Assembly: GCA_902779035.1 (NCBI GenBank)
Contig: CACZAH010000001.1
Location: 24,591 to 88,590, forward strand
Length of the DNA stretch: 64,000 nt
DNA from: an uncultured Erysipelotrichaceae bacterium
GTDB taxonomy: Bacteria > Bacillota_I > Bacilli_A > RF39 > UBA660
Direction of reading: 5' to 3'
Shown: positions 46,240-55,062 of the stretch, one piece after another
Layout of the letters: every line of letters starts with the position of its first letter
How positions within the stretch are numbered: position 1 is the stretch's first letter
Notes under the pieces: model-generated
Seen by the model: only the letters and a program-made list of their open reading frames with translations
Database searches by the model: none
What the model was told of the DNA's origin: nothing
Translations under genes and position numbers: made by a program

Positions 46240-46866
46240 TTACGCATTTCTAATCTTATTAATATAATTGTTTACTTTAGTAGGCCACTCTTTTGATTCA
46301 GCATATTTAGGACCAATAGTTTCTGGAGTAGTTAAACCCCTACTAAAATAGTTTCTATTTAAGTTATCAACAAAAGCTCGAATACCATCGTCAAGTGTTG
46401 GGAAGGCTGCATAAGCACCACATCCTGAACCCTTCTGTCCACCTACGTTATAACACTTATTAACCATTGAACTACAAGTTGAGTTACATCCAGTCTCAAG
46501 AAGTATTACTGCAGTAGCTAAGTAAGGGTCTACACCTTGCTCTAGAGCATATGAAGCAACTAAATAACCTTTACCTGACATTGTAGAGTTAAGTACTCTA
46601 TCTAATTTTGCTGCAAGTTCATCTAAGGTCATATCCTCATATACAATTACAGGACGAGATTCAATATACTCCTCAATCTCTGAATCTCTAAATGTATCAA
46701 GAGCATCATCACTGGTTGCTAGAACATTAGCAGCAGCAACTGTATCTTTTTTCTCTATTTTATTTACTGATACATTACTTTTAATAAATACAACAAGCAA
46801 AATCACTAATATATCAGCAATCATAAGAGAAATACTTAATTTTTTTCTAAAATTCACAAATTTCAC
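46240..46866 (-). CDS. Membrane-anchored glucosaminidase-domain-like cell-wall hydrolase
   Basis: 208 aa with an N-terminal TM helix. GKGYLVASYALEQGVDPYLATAVILLETG...AAFPTLDDGIRAFVDNL resembles the mannosyl-glycoprotein endo-beta-N-acetylglucosaminidase domain. Confidence 0.5.
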   Translation of the reverse strand: MKFVNFRKKLSISLMIADILVILLVVFIKSNVSVNKIEKKDTVAAANVLATSDDALDTFRDSEIEEYIESRPVIVYEDMTLDELAAKLDRVLNSTMSGKGYLVASYALEQGVDPYLATAVILLETGCNSTCSSMVNKCYNVGGQKGSGCGAYAAFPTLDDGIRAFVDNLNRNYFSRGLTTPETIGPKYAESKEWPTKVNNYINKIRNA

Positions 46867-46910
46867 CCCGTCTTTTTAAGACAATTCCATGATATCATTC
46901 ACTTTTTTCT

Positions 46911-46939
46911 TTGTCAAATTGGTAATTTTAGTGTATAAT
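46911..46939 (+). promoter_or_regulatory. Sigma-A-type promoter of the thioredoxin-like gene
   Basis: TTGTCA, 17-nt spacer, then (TG)TATAAT. It lies inside the ORF-track start extension, which argues for the downstream GTG start. Confidence 0.5.
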
Positions 46940-46960
46940 TTACTTATTGGAGGTAAAAAA

Positions 46961-47494
46961 GTGAAAAATGAGTTAGATTCTAAAAGAATTAGAAATATTT
47001 ATATTATGTTAATTGCAATACTATGTATGACTATTATTTCTACAACAGCAATCCTATCTTATGTTGCAGTACATTGGAATGATAAAGTGGGCAATAAGAA
47101 AGAAATTAGTACAAATACCGAATATGATGTAAGTAGTTTTACTGAGATTAGTTATGATGAATTTATAAATAAGTATAAAAGTAGCGAGCAATCACTTATT
47201 TATATTGGTAGAAGCACATGTATTCATTGTATTAACTTTGTACCAGTTTTAAAAGAAGCACAAAACAAATATGGATACAAAACATATTACCTAGATATTT
47301 CTAAGATTAAAGAAGATGAATATAAAGAGACTATGAAACTAAATAGTTTCTTTAATGAAAATTTTGGTATGACACCTATGGTTGTAATTGTTAAAGATGG
47401 TAACATTATTGATAACGGTTCTTTCTTAGGTGAAGCTGATATTGATACTTTTAGTAAGTTTATAGAAAAAGCGGGATATAGTAAAAGGGATTAA
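46961..47494 (+). CDS. Membrane-anchored thioredoxin-fold protein
   Basis: GTG 46961 preceded by ggaggt. TM helix IYIMLIAILCMTIISTTAIL, and a CxxC motif (CIHC) in the context YIGRSTCIHCINFVP. Confidence 0.6.
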   Translation: MKNELDSKRIRNIYIMLIAILCMTIISTTAILSYVAVHWNDKVGNKKEISTNTEYDVSSFTEISYDEFINKYKSSEQSLIYIGRSTCIHCINFVPVLKEAQNKYGYKTYYLDISKIKEDEYKETMKLNSFFNENFGMTPMVVIVKDGNIIDNGSFLGEADIDTFSKFIEKAGYSKRD

Positions 47495-47574
47495 ACTGTA
47501 TCCTTTTTTATGTACAATTAATTTACAATTTTATATTATATATTTTATTATTTTTCGATTATATTACCCCACAT

Positions 47575-47943
47575 CTATGAAAATGCAAGTTCTACATTTA
47601 AATCTTTATCTGAATATGCAATATATAAAAATATGAAACCACTTATTAGAACTAGTGTGCTGGCAATAAATGATAACTTATTAAATTTATTAACCTCACT
47701 ATTTTGTGATTCCTCATTAACACTCTTATAACTATCATAAAAGTAATAAGCATATACAATTACTGCAATTACGAAAATTAGTATTAATAATCTTCTATAT
47801 TTAACCTTATCATTCTCATCTCTATAGATGAGATATTTTTTTTCTATCTTATTAGAATATAAAGATAAAAGTATTATTCCAAAATATATAATAAATATGA
47901 AGTTTTCTATCTTTATTTGTTTTAGTCTTGAACTTATATCCAT
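47575..47943 (-). CDS. Hypothetical membrane protein (3 TM helices)
   Basis: 122-aa hydrophobic ORF with no recognised family. Confidence 0.45.
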   Translation of the reverse strand: MDISSRLKQIKIENFIFIIYFGIILLSLYSNKIEKKYLIYRDENDKVKYRRLLILIFVIAVIVYAYYFYDSYKSVNEESQNSEVNKFNKLSFIASTLVLISGFIFLYIAYSDKDLNVELAFS

Positions 47944-48034
47944 ACTAAATTATATTAGTCAAATAAATTAACTTGATAGTTATTAGCCTATACACAAATT
48001 AATTAGTAGAATAGGCTATTGTGAGGAGGATGTT

Positions 48035-48460
48035 ATGAACAATTATTATAATTTTAGAGGTCAAGATATAATGAAACAGTATAATCCTAATAATTATAAA
48101 GAGGAGAAAAATAGTTTATATGAACCTTATCAAGGTTTTATAAGAGGTAATTTATATAAAGATTTATATGATCCATATAAAGTAAATGGGCCTTATGAAA
48201 TTAAACCTATGAATGAACAAGCTGAACTTCTTACTTATATTGATGCTTTATGTTTTGCTTGTACTGATTTAAATTTATACCTAGATGTATACCCTGATAA
48301 TAAGGAGATTATTAATCTATATAATAGGTATAATGATGAAAAGAAAAATTTAATGAAACAATATGAGGCTAAATTTGGTCCACTTGTCCTTGACAGTGAG
48401 TCATTAAATAGCTATCCTTGGGCTTGGAATGATAGACCTTGGCCTTGGGAAGGAAATTAG
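48035..48460 (+). CDS. cotJB: Spore coat protein CotJB with a CotJA-like N-terminal segment
   Basis: C-terminal part LLTYIDALCFACTDLNLYLDVYPDN...YEAKFGPL matches CotJB. The N-terminal part EPYQGFIRGNLYKDLYDPY resembles the CotJA GTLWxxLYxPY motif. RBS gaggagga. Confidence 0.75.
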   Translation: MNNYYNFRGQDIMKQYNPNNYKEEKNSLYEPYQGFIRGNLYKDLYDPYKVNGPYEIKPMNEQAELLTYIDALCFACTDLNLYLDVYPDNKEIINLYNRYNDEKKNLMKQYEAKFGPLVLDSESLNSYPWAWNDRPWPWEGN

Positions 48461-48468
48461 GAGGTTAT

Positions 48469-49044
48469 ATGTGGTTATATGAAAAGAAACTGGAATATCC
48501 AGTTAATATAAGAAAAAAAGATTTAAAGATGGCTAAACTTTTACTTGAACAATATGGTGGTGCGGATGGTGAGTTTTCAGCAGCAATGCGCTATTTAAAT
48601 CAAAGATATACTATGCCTGATGAAAAGGGATATGCACTACTTAATGATATTGGAACCGAGGAACTTGCACACGTTGAGATGATTGCGGCAATGGTTACTC
48701 AACTTATGAAAGGATCAACGAAAGAAGAATTAGAAAGAGCAGGACTAACACCTAACTACGTTCAAAGAGATCATGCAATATTTCCAACAAATGCAAACGG
48801 TGTGCCATTTACAACAGCATATATCGATACAAAAGGAGATTACAGAGCTGACCTTGAAAGTGATATGGCAGCTGAACAAAGAGCACGAGCTACTTATGAG
48901 TATTTAATGGATTTAACTAATGATCCAGATTTACTTGCCCCTTTATCATTTTTAAGACAAAGAGAGGTAGTACATTACGAGAGATTTAAAGAGTTAAGAG
49001 ATTATTACTTAAAGAAATATGGTAAGAATTATCATACGAAATAG
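48469..49044 (+). CDS. cotJC: Spore coat protein CotJC (manganese-catalase family)
   Basis: Start ATG 48469 after aggagg. MWLYEKKLEYPVNI...LLEQYGGADGEFSAAMRYLNQRY...EELAHVEM... Confidence 0.9.
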   Translation: MWLYEKKLEYPVNIRKKDLKMAKLLLEQYGGADGEFSAAMRYLNQRYTMPDEKGYALLNDIGTEELAHVEMIAAMVTQLMKGSTKEELERAGLTPNYVQRDHAIFPTNANGVPFTTAYIDTKGDYRADLESDMAAEQRARATYEYLMDLTNDPDLLAPLSFLRQREVVHYERFKELRDYYLKKYGKNYHTK

Positions 49045-49063
49045 TCGAAAGGCTATTTTTTTT
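49041..49063 (+). terminator. Rho-independent terminator of the cotJ operon
   Basis: atagtc-gaaa-ggctat hairpin followed by T7. Overlaps the cotJC stop. Confidence 0.6.
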
Positions 49064-49350
49064 GAATTTGCTCTCTTCAGGTGAACTACTCTCTTCAGCC
49101 AAAAGAGTTCAAAATTTGTAAAACCCTTTAAATACGGACCTTTTTATATTGACACAAGCCTTCATTTACCATGGCTTCTCAGTATTTTATACCTAAATTG
49201 TACCTAAAAAAAGAAAAATCCAGAGCTATTCTTCTGGAATAATTTCAAATAAATATAATTATATTATTTGCTTCTACTATTCTATAATCAATAATTGCAA
49301 CATCTTCGAACTTTCCATGTATCCCTTTACCAAATTTCAATTCTTGCATG

Positions 49351-51441
49351 CTACTCTTCTAAATTATCGACAGTTTCTAAATCAAAGCTATAATAATTTT
49401 TTAATACATTAATAAATTCATTTGTATCATTCTTTTGACAGATACTTCTAATATAGATATTCATGCCATTAGCTTCAACCTTTGTATATGAATAATTATC
49501 AAGTAATTCATTTTTTTCATCAATTATTAATTCATGAGAATACATTTTGAAATTTCTAATGCCTATCGGAATATCTATATATTTTTTTATATTATTATCA
49601 ACTATATAATTTTGAATTAGTGCTCTTACTAATTTTGCATTATCGTAGTATACATTTTTATATAACCATTTAGACTTTCCAGTTTTGCCACCTGTAGATT
49701 CTTCTGGTAATTTTAAATTAATATCTTCTCTACTAATTTCTAACATTTCTTCTATTTTAGATATCAAATATTTTTTTCTTTCTAATATTTGATCAATGTT
49801 CCATGTTGTATTTCCTGAATCATAATATTCAATAATCTTTCTTGTAAATTCAAATGATGTAATTCCTGACTTATTATTTCCTTCTTCATCTTGACCTTTA
49901 TATATTCTGATTTTTCTATCAAATCCACAGTTAAGAGCTTCTTCATTCTTAATATCTTGGAGTAAGGTCATATTACCTAATCCATTTATTTCAGGTAATA
50001 CTTCTTCATCTTTAATATAATTCCATTCATCATTTTGCTTATAAGCTCTTGGTAAGATGTGATCCATATGTAATGTATTATCTAAGGAATAAAAACTTTT
50101 ATCTGTTTTTTCTCTAATTTCATATTCCAAAGATAACATTAATGGTTTTAAGAATTTTTCGTTATAAACATCGTTGTCTAATGCATCATATACTTTCGCA
50201 TACATTCTTCTTGATATTATTGTTCTATTTAAGTCTTCTTTTATCTCATCGATACTATTTCCATTAACGATTGATTCAATTAATTTAAATGAAGTTTGTT
50301 TTATTTGGTTTAATGTACATCCTGCAGTTAATGAAATATGGAAAAATCTTCTAATTTCTTTAAATAATTTATCCTTTTCTGGATAATTTACTTGGTATGC
50401 ACTTGTTAATGCAGTCATAACATAGAATTTCCATGGTATATATCTTAAACTTAATATTACTGGATTATTTGACTCATAAACTTTCTTTAATGATTCTGAG
50501 AAACTATGAAGTTCTGCTACTAATTCGTATACATCGCTTCTTTGAATAATATCTCTTAATTCATCTACTACTTGTCTTTTAGGATTTGATTTTAATTTAT
50601 AATATTCATAAAATACTACAAAGTCATCAATTTTAAATCCATATTCTTTAGATAAATCCTCAATATTCTTCCAGTTATTATTGAATATTTGTTTTCCTGT
50701 TTCATCATCTTGCTCATATTTTCCTATTATATATGATTTTACTATATCAGATGGTGACAATTCTAATCCTCTATCATTTAATACTTGGAATAGTTTAATA
50801 GCGAATGATTGATTAGTACATTCTATTTTAATAATGTTTGTAGAATAGAAAATATAATTTACAAATTCATCTAATTCTGTTTCATTTAACTCTGATAATT
50901 TCTTATAGAAGAATACTGCTGAATTAATATATTTATATTGTGGATCATCAAGTTTTAATTCTCTTTTTGTTGGTTCATCAATATCTGCAAATGACTCACA
51001 ATTAATTATTAAATCATTAAATATAGAATCATATTTAGGATCAGTTTGTAATTGTAATCTATTTTTCCTTCCCTGGAATAAAATACAATTTTGAATTTTA
51101 TCTTTATCAGCAACAAATATTTCATCACTATTTTTATTTATTTCAGGGAAGTCTTTTACTAATACATTCATTAGTATCATTAATGTTGTAATTCTTTGCT
51201 GTCCATCTATTAATTCAAAATATCCTTTACCATCATTAACTACAACTATTGATCCTAAGAAATAACAATCATTATCAACAGTTTTGTTTTGATATGCTTC
51301 ATATAAATCATCCCATAATGCCTCTAATTGATCATTAGTCCAACTGTATTGTCTTTGATAATTAGGTATCTTATAAATACCATCGCAAGAAAATATTTCA
51401 CTTATTGTTTGATTAATTGGTTTAAATGTATCTACTGCCAT
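49351..51441 (-). CDS. GmrSD-like type IV restriction protein (DUF262 plus DUF1524 His-Me nuclease) with an extra C-terminal domain
   Basis: 696 aa with IPNYQRQYSW and LIDGQQRITTL (DUF262/ParB-like), and HMDHILP...GNMTLLQDIKN (DUF1524). 10 nt downstream of hsdR. Confidence 0.75.
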   Translation of the reverse strand: MAVDTFKPINQTISEIFSCDGIYKIPNYQRQYSWTNDQLEALWDDLYEAYQNKTVDNDCYFLGSIVVVNDGKGYFELIDGQQRITTLMILMNVLVKDFPEINKNSDEIFVADKDKIQNCILFQGRKNRLQLQTDPKYDSIFNDLIINCESFADIDEPTKRELKLDDPQYKYINSAVFFYKKLSELNETELDEFVNYIFYSTNIIKIECTNQSFAIKLFQVLNDRGLELSPSDIVKSYIIGKYEQDDETGKQIFNNNWKNIEDLSKEYGFKIDDFVVFYEYYKLKSNPKRQVVDELRDIIQRSDVYELVAELHSFSESLKKVYESNNPVILSLRYIPWKFYVMTALTSAYQVNYPEKDKLFKEIRRFFHISLTAGCTLNQIKQTSFKLIESIVNGNSIDEIKEDLNRTIISRRMYAKVYDALDNDVYNEKFLKPLMLSLEYEIREKTDKSFYSLDNTLHMDHILPRAYKQNDEWNYIKDEEVLPEINGLGNMTLLQDIKNEEALNCGFDRKIRIYKGQDEEGNNKSGITSFEFTRKIIEYYDSGNTTWNIDQILERKKYLISKIEEMLEISREDINLKLPEESTGGKTGKSKWLYKNVYYDNAKLVRALIQNYIVDNNIKKYIDIPIGIRNFKMYSHELIIDEKNELLDNYSYTKVEANGMNIYIRSICQKNDTNEFINVLKNYYSFDLETVDNLEE

Positions 51442-51451
51442 AATTTCACCT

Positions 51452-54400
51452 CTAATCCACCATATTTCTGCATTTTAATTCAGCTTGCTTTATAACTGTT
51501 TCTACTGCATTATCCCTCTTAATTGGAGGATAGTTATATTTTATTAATAGTTTCTTAATTTCAATTCTCATATGTGCTCTAGCTGATTTTTTGATATCCC
51601 AGTCTATCGTCATATTGCTGTTAACAACATCTACTAATTCTTTTGCTATTTGAACTAAAACTTCATCTTGCATTAGTTCTTTAATATCAGGATCATTACC
51701 TAATGCATCGAAGAATGCTTTTTCTTCTACAGATAAATTATATTCATTACCAGATTCAACTTCTTTTTCTATTTCTTTCTTTAATTTAATCATTTCTTCT
51801 AGCATTTGTTCAATATCTGCTATTGAAGTTCTTTCATTATAATTCTCAGCTATTTGTTTAAATCTTTCTGAGAATTTTTGCATCATTATGAAATTAGTAG
51901 CACCTATTTTTTCTATATATTCTTTAAGTGCATGTTTCATTACTTCTGCTGCAACATTTTTAGATTTCATCTTTGATAGTTTTGCTATCATTTCATCATT
52001 CAATAAACTAAAGGCATTACTTTTTTGAACTGTTCCTATTTGAATTAGTTCATCATCTTCAATTGCTTCTTCCAACATTTTAGCAACATTAGCATTTATT
52101 TCTTTAACATCTAATTTTCCACCATTTAGTTTACTTAAAAATGATCTAACAGAAATAATATATAATACTTCTTCTTTATACTTATAATCTAATTCTCCGG
52201 TACAAACAGAATATAACCCTTTAACATCATAGCTATATCTTAAAAATCTTTTTCTGATATCTTCTTCTCTTAAAATATAGTTTGCTCCTTCATTGATTAA
52301 ATCATATTTACCCCTATTATCTAATTTACCAAAGTTACTATAATCAAATCCATGGAACAAGTTTCTTATTAATTCAATTTTATCAGATAACATATTTACA
52401 ATATCTTTATTATCTACAATCTTTCCTTGATCTCGTTCTGTATATGTTTTTAATGCTTCTAACAACCATCTTTTTAGTCCAATGTAATCTACTATCAATC
52501 CACCTGTTTTGTCTTTATAAACTCTATTTACACGAGCTATAGCTTGCATTAAATTATGAGCTTTCATTGGCTTATCAATATACATTGTTCCAAGAGATGG
52601 AACATCAAATCCTGTTAGCCACATATCTACAACAATAGCTATTTTAAATTGTGAATTAGCATCTTTAAATTCTGTTTCTAATTCTTTTTTATCTTTTTTA
52701 GATCCAATAGCTAATTGCATTTCTTCAGGATCATTATTACTTGGTGTAATAATCATATGAACTTTATCTTTATAATCAGGTCTTAATTCTAAAATCTTCT
52801 TATACATTGTAAAAGCACTATATCTTGAATATGCTACTATCATAGCTTTATTAGCTACTAAGTCTTTTCTATCTTCATAGTGTTCAATAATATCTTTTAC
52901 AATCATTTCAAGTCTATCTGGATCCTCAAGTATTTTTCTCATGCTTGCCATTTCTATTTGTGACTTTTTAATTTCTTCTTCGTCAGCTTTTTCTTCATCT
53001 TCTAAAGATTTATAATATGCATCTATAGCCTGTAAGATTTTTTCATTTAATCCAACTTTTGCCATTCTAGCTTCATATAAAATTGGAACTGTAGATCCAT
53101 CTTCTATGGCTTGAGTCATATCATAAATATCAATTATTTCTCCAAATACATTTGTTGTTGAATGATCTTTAGTTTCTACTGGAGTTCCAGTAAATCCAAT
53201 ATAAGTTGCATTTGGAAGTGCATCATGTAAGTATTTTGCAGTACCATATTTTTTTACTGCTTCAAATTTAGCCATATCAAATTTCATAACAGCATCTATT
53301 CCATAATGACTTCTATGAGCTTCATCAGCTATTACAAGTATATCTTTTCTTTCACTTAATAATCCTGTTTCTTCTTCAAATTTTTGAAGTGTTGTAAATA
53401 TGATTCCTCCAGCAACTTTGCCATCTAATTGTGCTTTCAAATCACTTCTGGATTCTATTTGTATAGGTGTTTGTCTTAAGAAATCACTGCATTTAGCAAA
53501 TGTTTCAAATAATTGATTATCTAAATCATTTCTATCTGTTACAACTATTACTGTTGGATTGTTCAATTCTTTTATCATATTACCAACATAGAATACCATT
53601 GAGAAACTTTTACCAGATCCTTGAGTATGCCAAATAATACCAGCTTTACCATCTGTTGATTTTAATGTTCTTTCTATTGCTTTCTCTACTCCATAATATT
53701 GGTGATATGCAGGTAATATTTTATTATCATCACTATATAAAATATAATTATTAATTAAATCCATTAATGTTTCTTTTTTAAACATTCCTTTTATCAAAGA
53801 TTCATGAGTATTTAATTTATTAACTTTATCATTAATACCTGTTTTCTTCCATTCATTAAATCTAGAATAATTACAAGTTATAGTTCCTGCTTTAGCTTGT
53901 GCACCATCACTTATAATTAATATTTGATTGTAATAGAATAAACTTGGAATATGAACATTCATATAACCTTTTAATTGATTGTATGCACTTTCTAAGTCGA
54001 CTTCTTCACGAGTCATACTTTTTAATTCAAAAACTATTAAAGGAAGTCCGTTTATGAAGATAATGACATCAGTTCTTTTTTCACTATGTTCAATAATAGT
54101 AAATTGATTACTGACTAAGAATTCATTATTATCTATATTTTCAAAGTCAATTAATTTAACAGTATGATATCTTACACCTTCCTTAGTATATTCAGGCACA
54201 CTAACTCCAGTATGAAGATATTTACTAAATACTTTATTATTATTAACTAAATTATTTTGACCAAGATTTTTAATTATTCTAACTGCTTCTGCAATTATAT
54301 TTTCATTTAGTCCTTTATTAATTTTAAACAAAGCACAAGTCAAATTATACTCTAATATTACTTCTGAATAATCTCTACCAATTGATTCTCCAGACTCATA

Positions 54401-54463
54401 AGAATATCCTTGTTCTTTTAATAAATCTATAGTCATTAATTCTAAACATTCTTCGTTAAACAT
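51452..54463 (-). CDS. hsdR: Type I restriction enzyme R subunit (second system)
   Basis: 1003 aa with TQGSGKS Walker A, IADEAHRSH (DEAH), GFTGTP and QAIARVNR. Confidence 0.9.
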   Translation of the reverse strand: MFNEECLELMTIDLLKEQGYSYESGESIGRDYSEVILEYNLTCALFKINKGLNENIIAEAVRIIKNLGQNNLVNNNKVFSKYLHTGVSVPEYTKEGVRYHTVKLIDFENIDNNEFLVSNQFTIIEHSEKRTDVIIFINGLPLIVFELKSMTREEVDLESAYNQLKGYMNVHIPSLFYYNQILIISDGAQAKAGTITCNYSRFNEWKKTGINDKVNKLNTHESLIKGMFKKETLMDLINNYILYSDDNKILPAYHQYYGVEKAIERTLKSTDGKAGIIWHTQGSGKSFSMVFYVGNMIKELNNPTVIVVTDRNDLDNQLFETFAKCSDFLRQTPIQIESRSDLKAQLDGKVAGGIIFTTLQKFEEETGLLSERKDILVIADEAHRSHYGIDAVMKFDMAKFEAVKKYGTAKYLHDALPNATYIGFTGTPVETKDHSTTNVFGEIIDIYDMTQAIEDGSTVPILYEARMAKVGLNEKILQAIDAYYKSLEDEEKADEEEIKKSQIEMASMRKILEDPDRLEMIVKDIIEHYEDRKDLVANKAMIVAYSRYSAFTMYKKILELRPDYKDKVHMIITPSNNDPEEMQLAIGSKKDKKELETEFKDANSQFKIAIVVDMWLTGFDVPSLGTMYIDKPMKAHNLMQAIARVNRVYKDKTGGLIVDYIGLKRWLLEALKTYTERDQGKIVDNKDIVNMLSDKIELIRNLFHGFDYSNFGKLDNRGKYDLINEGANYILREEDIRKRFLRYSYDVKGLYSVCTGELDYKYKEEVLYIISVRSFLSKLNGGKLDVKEINANVAKMLEEAIEDDELIQIGTVQKSNAFSLLNDEMIAKLSKMKSKNVAAEVMKHALKEYIEKIGATNFIMMQKFSERFKQIAENYNERTSIADIEQMLEEMIKLKKEIEKEVESGNEYNLSVEEKAFFDALGNDPDIKELMQDEVLVQIAKELVDVVNSNMTIDWDIKKSARAHMRIEIKKLLIKYNYPPIKRDNAVETVIKQAELKCRNMVD

Positions 54464-54477
54464 ACAATTTCACTTCC

Positions 54478-55029
54478 TTATTTCTTTTTTTGCCAATGAC
54501 AATCTTCATTATCAGGATTATCAACAATAAAAGCTGGTTTAATAAGATTATCGACTCTTGATAATTCTAACAAAATACTTTTAGATTGCTCTAAACTAAT
54601 ATCAAACTTATTCATTATATCTTTTGTTGTTGCTATCATAGAAATACATATAAACTTATATATTTCTTCTTTTAGATTTATTTTTTTAATAGATACTTTA
54701 TCTGTTTTAGCATATCCCTTTAAATTATTTACTTCTTGTTTTAAACCTTTTATTTCATCATATAAAGTAGTATTAGAAATTTTAATTTCGTTTTTCTTTT
54801 CCTCCACCTCATTAGTATTCTTCTCAACTTGCTTTTCAATATATATTACTCCTATAGGAATTAAAACTGCAACTAAAATACTTGCCCATTCTCCAACAGA
54901 ACTAATTGCATTCCAACTTACAATATCATATTTTCTTAAAAGAAGAATTATTAATATAATTAATATTAATGATATAACCAATGTTAAAAACATAGTTAAA
55001 ATAATATGATTTTTTGCAAACTTTTTCAT
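54478..55029 (-). CDS. Unknown membrane protein (2 TM helices, coiled coil, small C-terminal wHTH-like domain) between hsdS and hsdR
   Basis: 183-aa ORF with ILTMFLTLVISLILIILIILLL and WASILVAVLIPIGVIYI helices, a K/E/N coiled segment, and then TTKDIMNKFDISLEQSKSILLELSRVDNLI. Confidence 0.6.
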   Translation of the reverse strand: MKKFAKNHIILTMFLTLVISLILIILIILLLRKYDIVSWNAISSVGEWASILVAVLIPIGVIYIEKQVEKNTNEVEEKKNEIKISNTTLYDEIKGLKQEVNNLKGYAKTDKVSIKKINLKEEIYKFICISMIATTKDIMNKFDISLEQSKSILLELSRVDNLIKPAFIVDNPDNEDCHWQKKK

Positions 55030-55062
55030 AGAACCAATCCCTTCAAATCACAATTTGTATGA

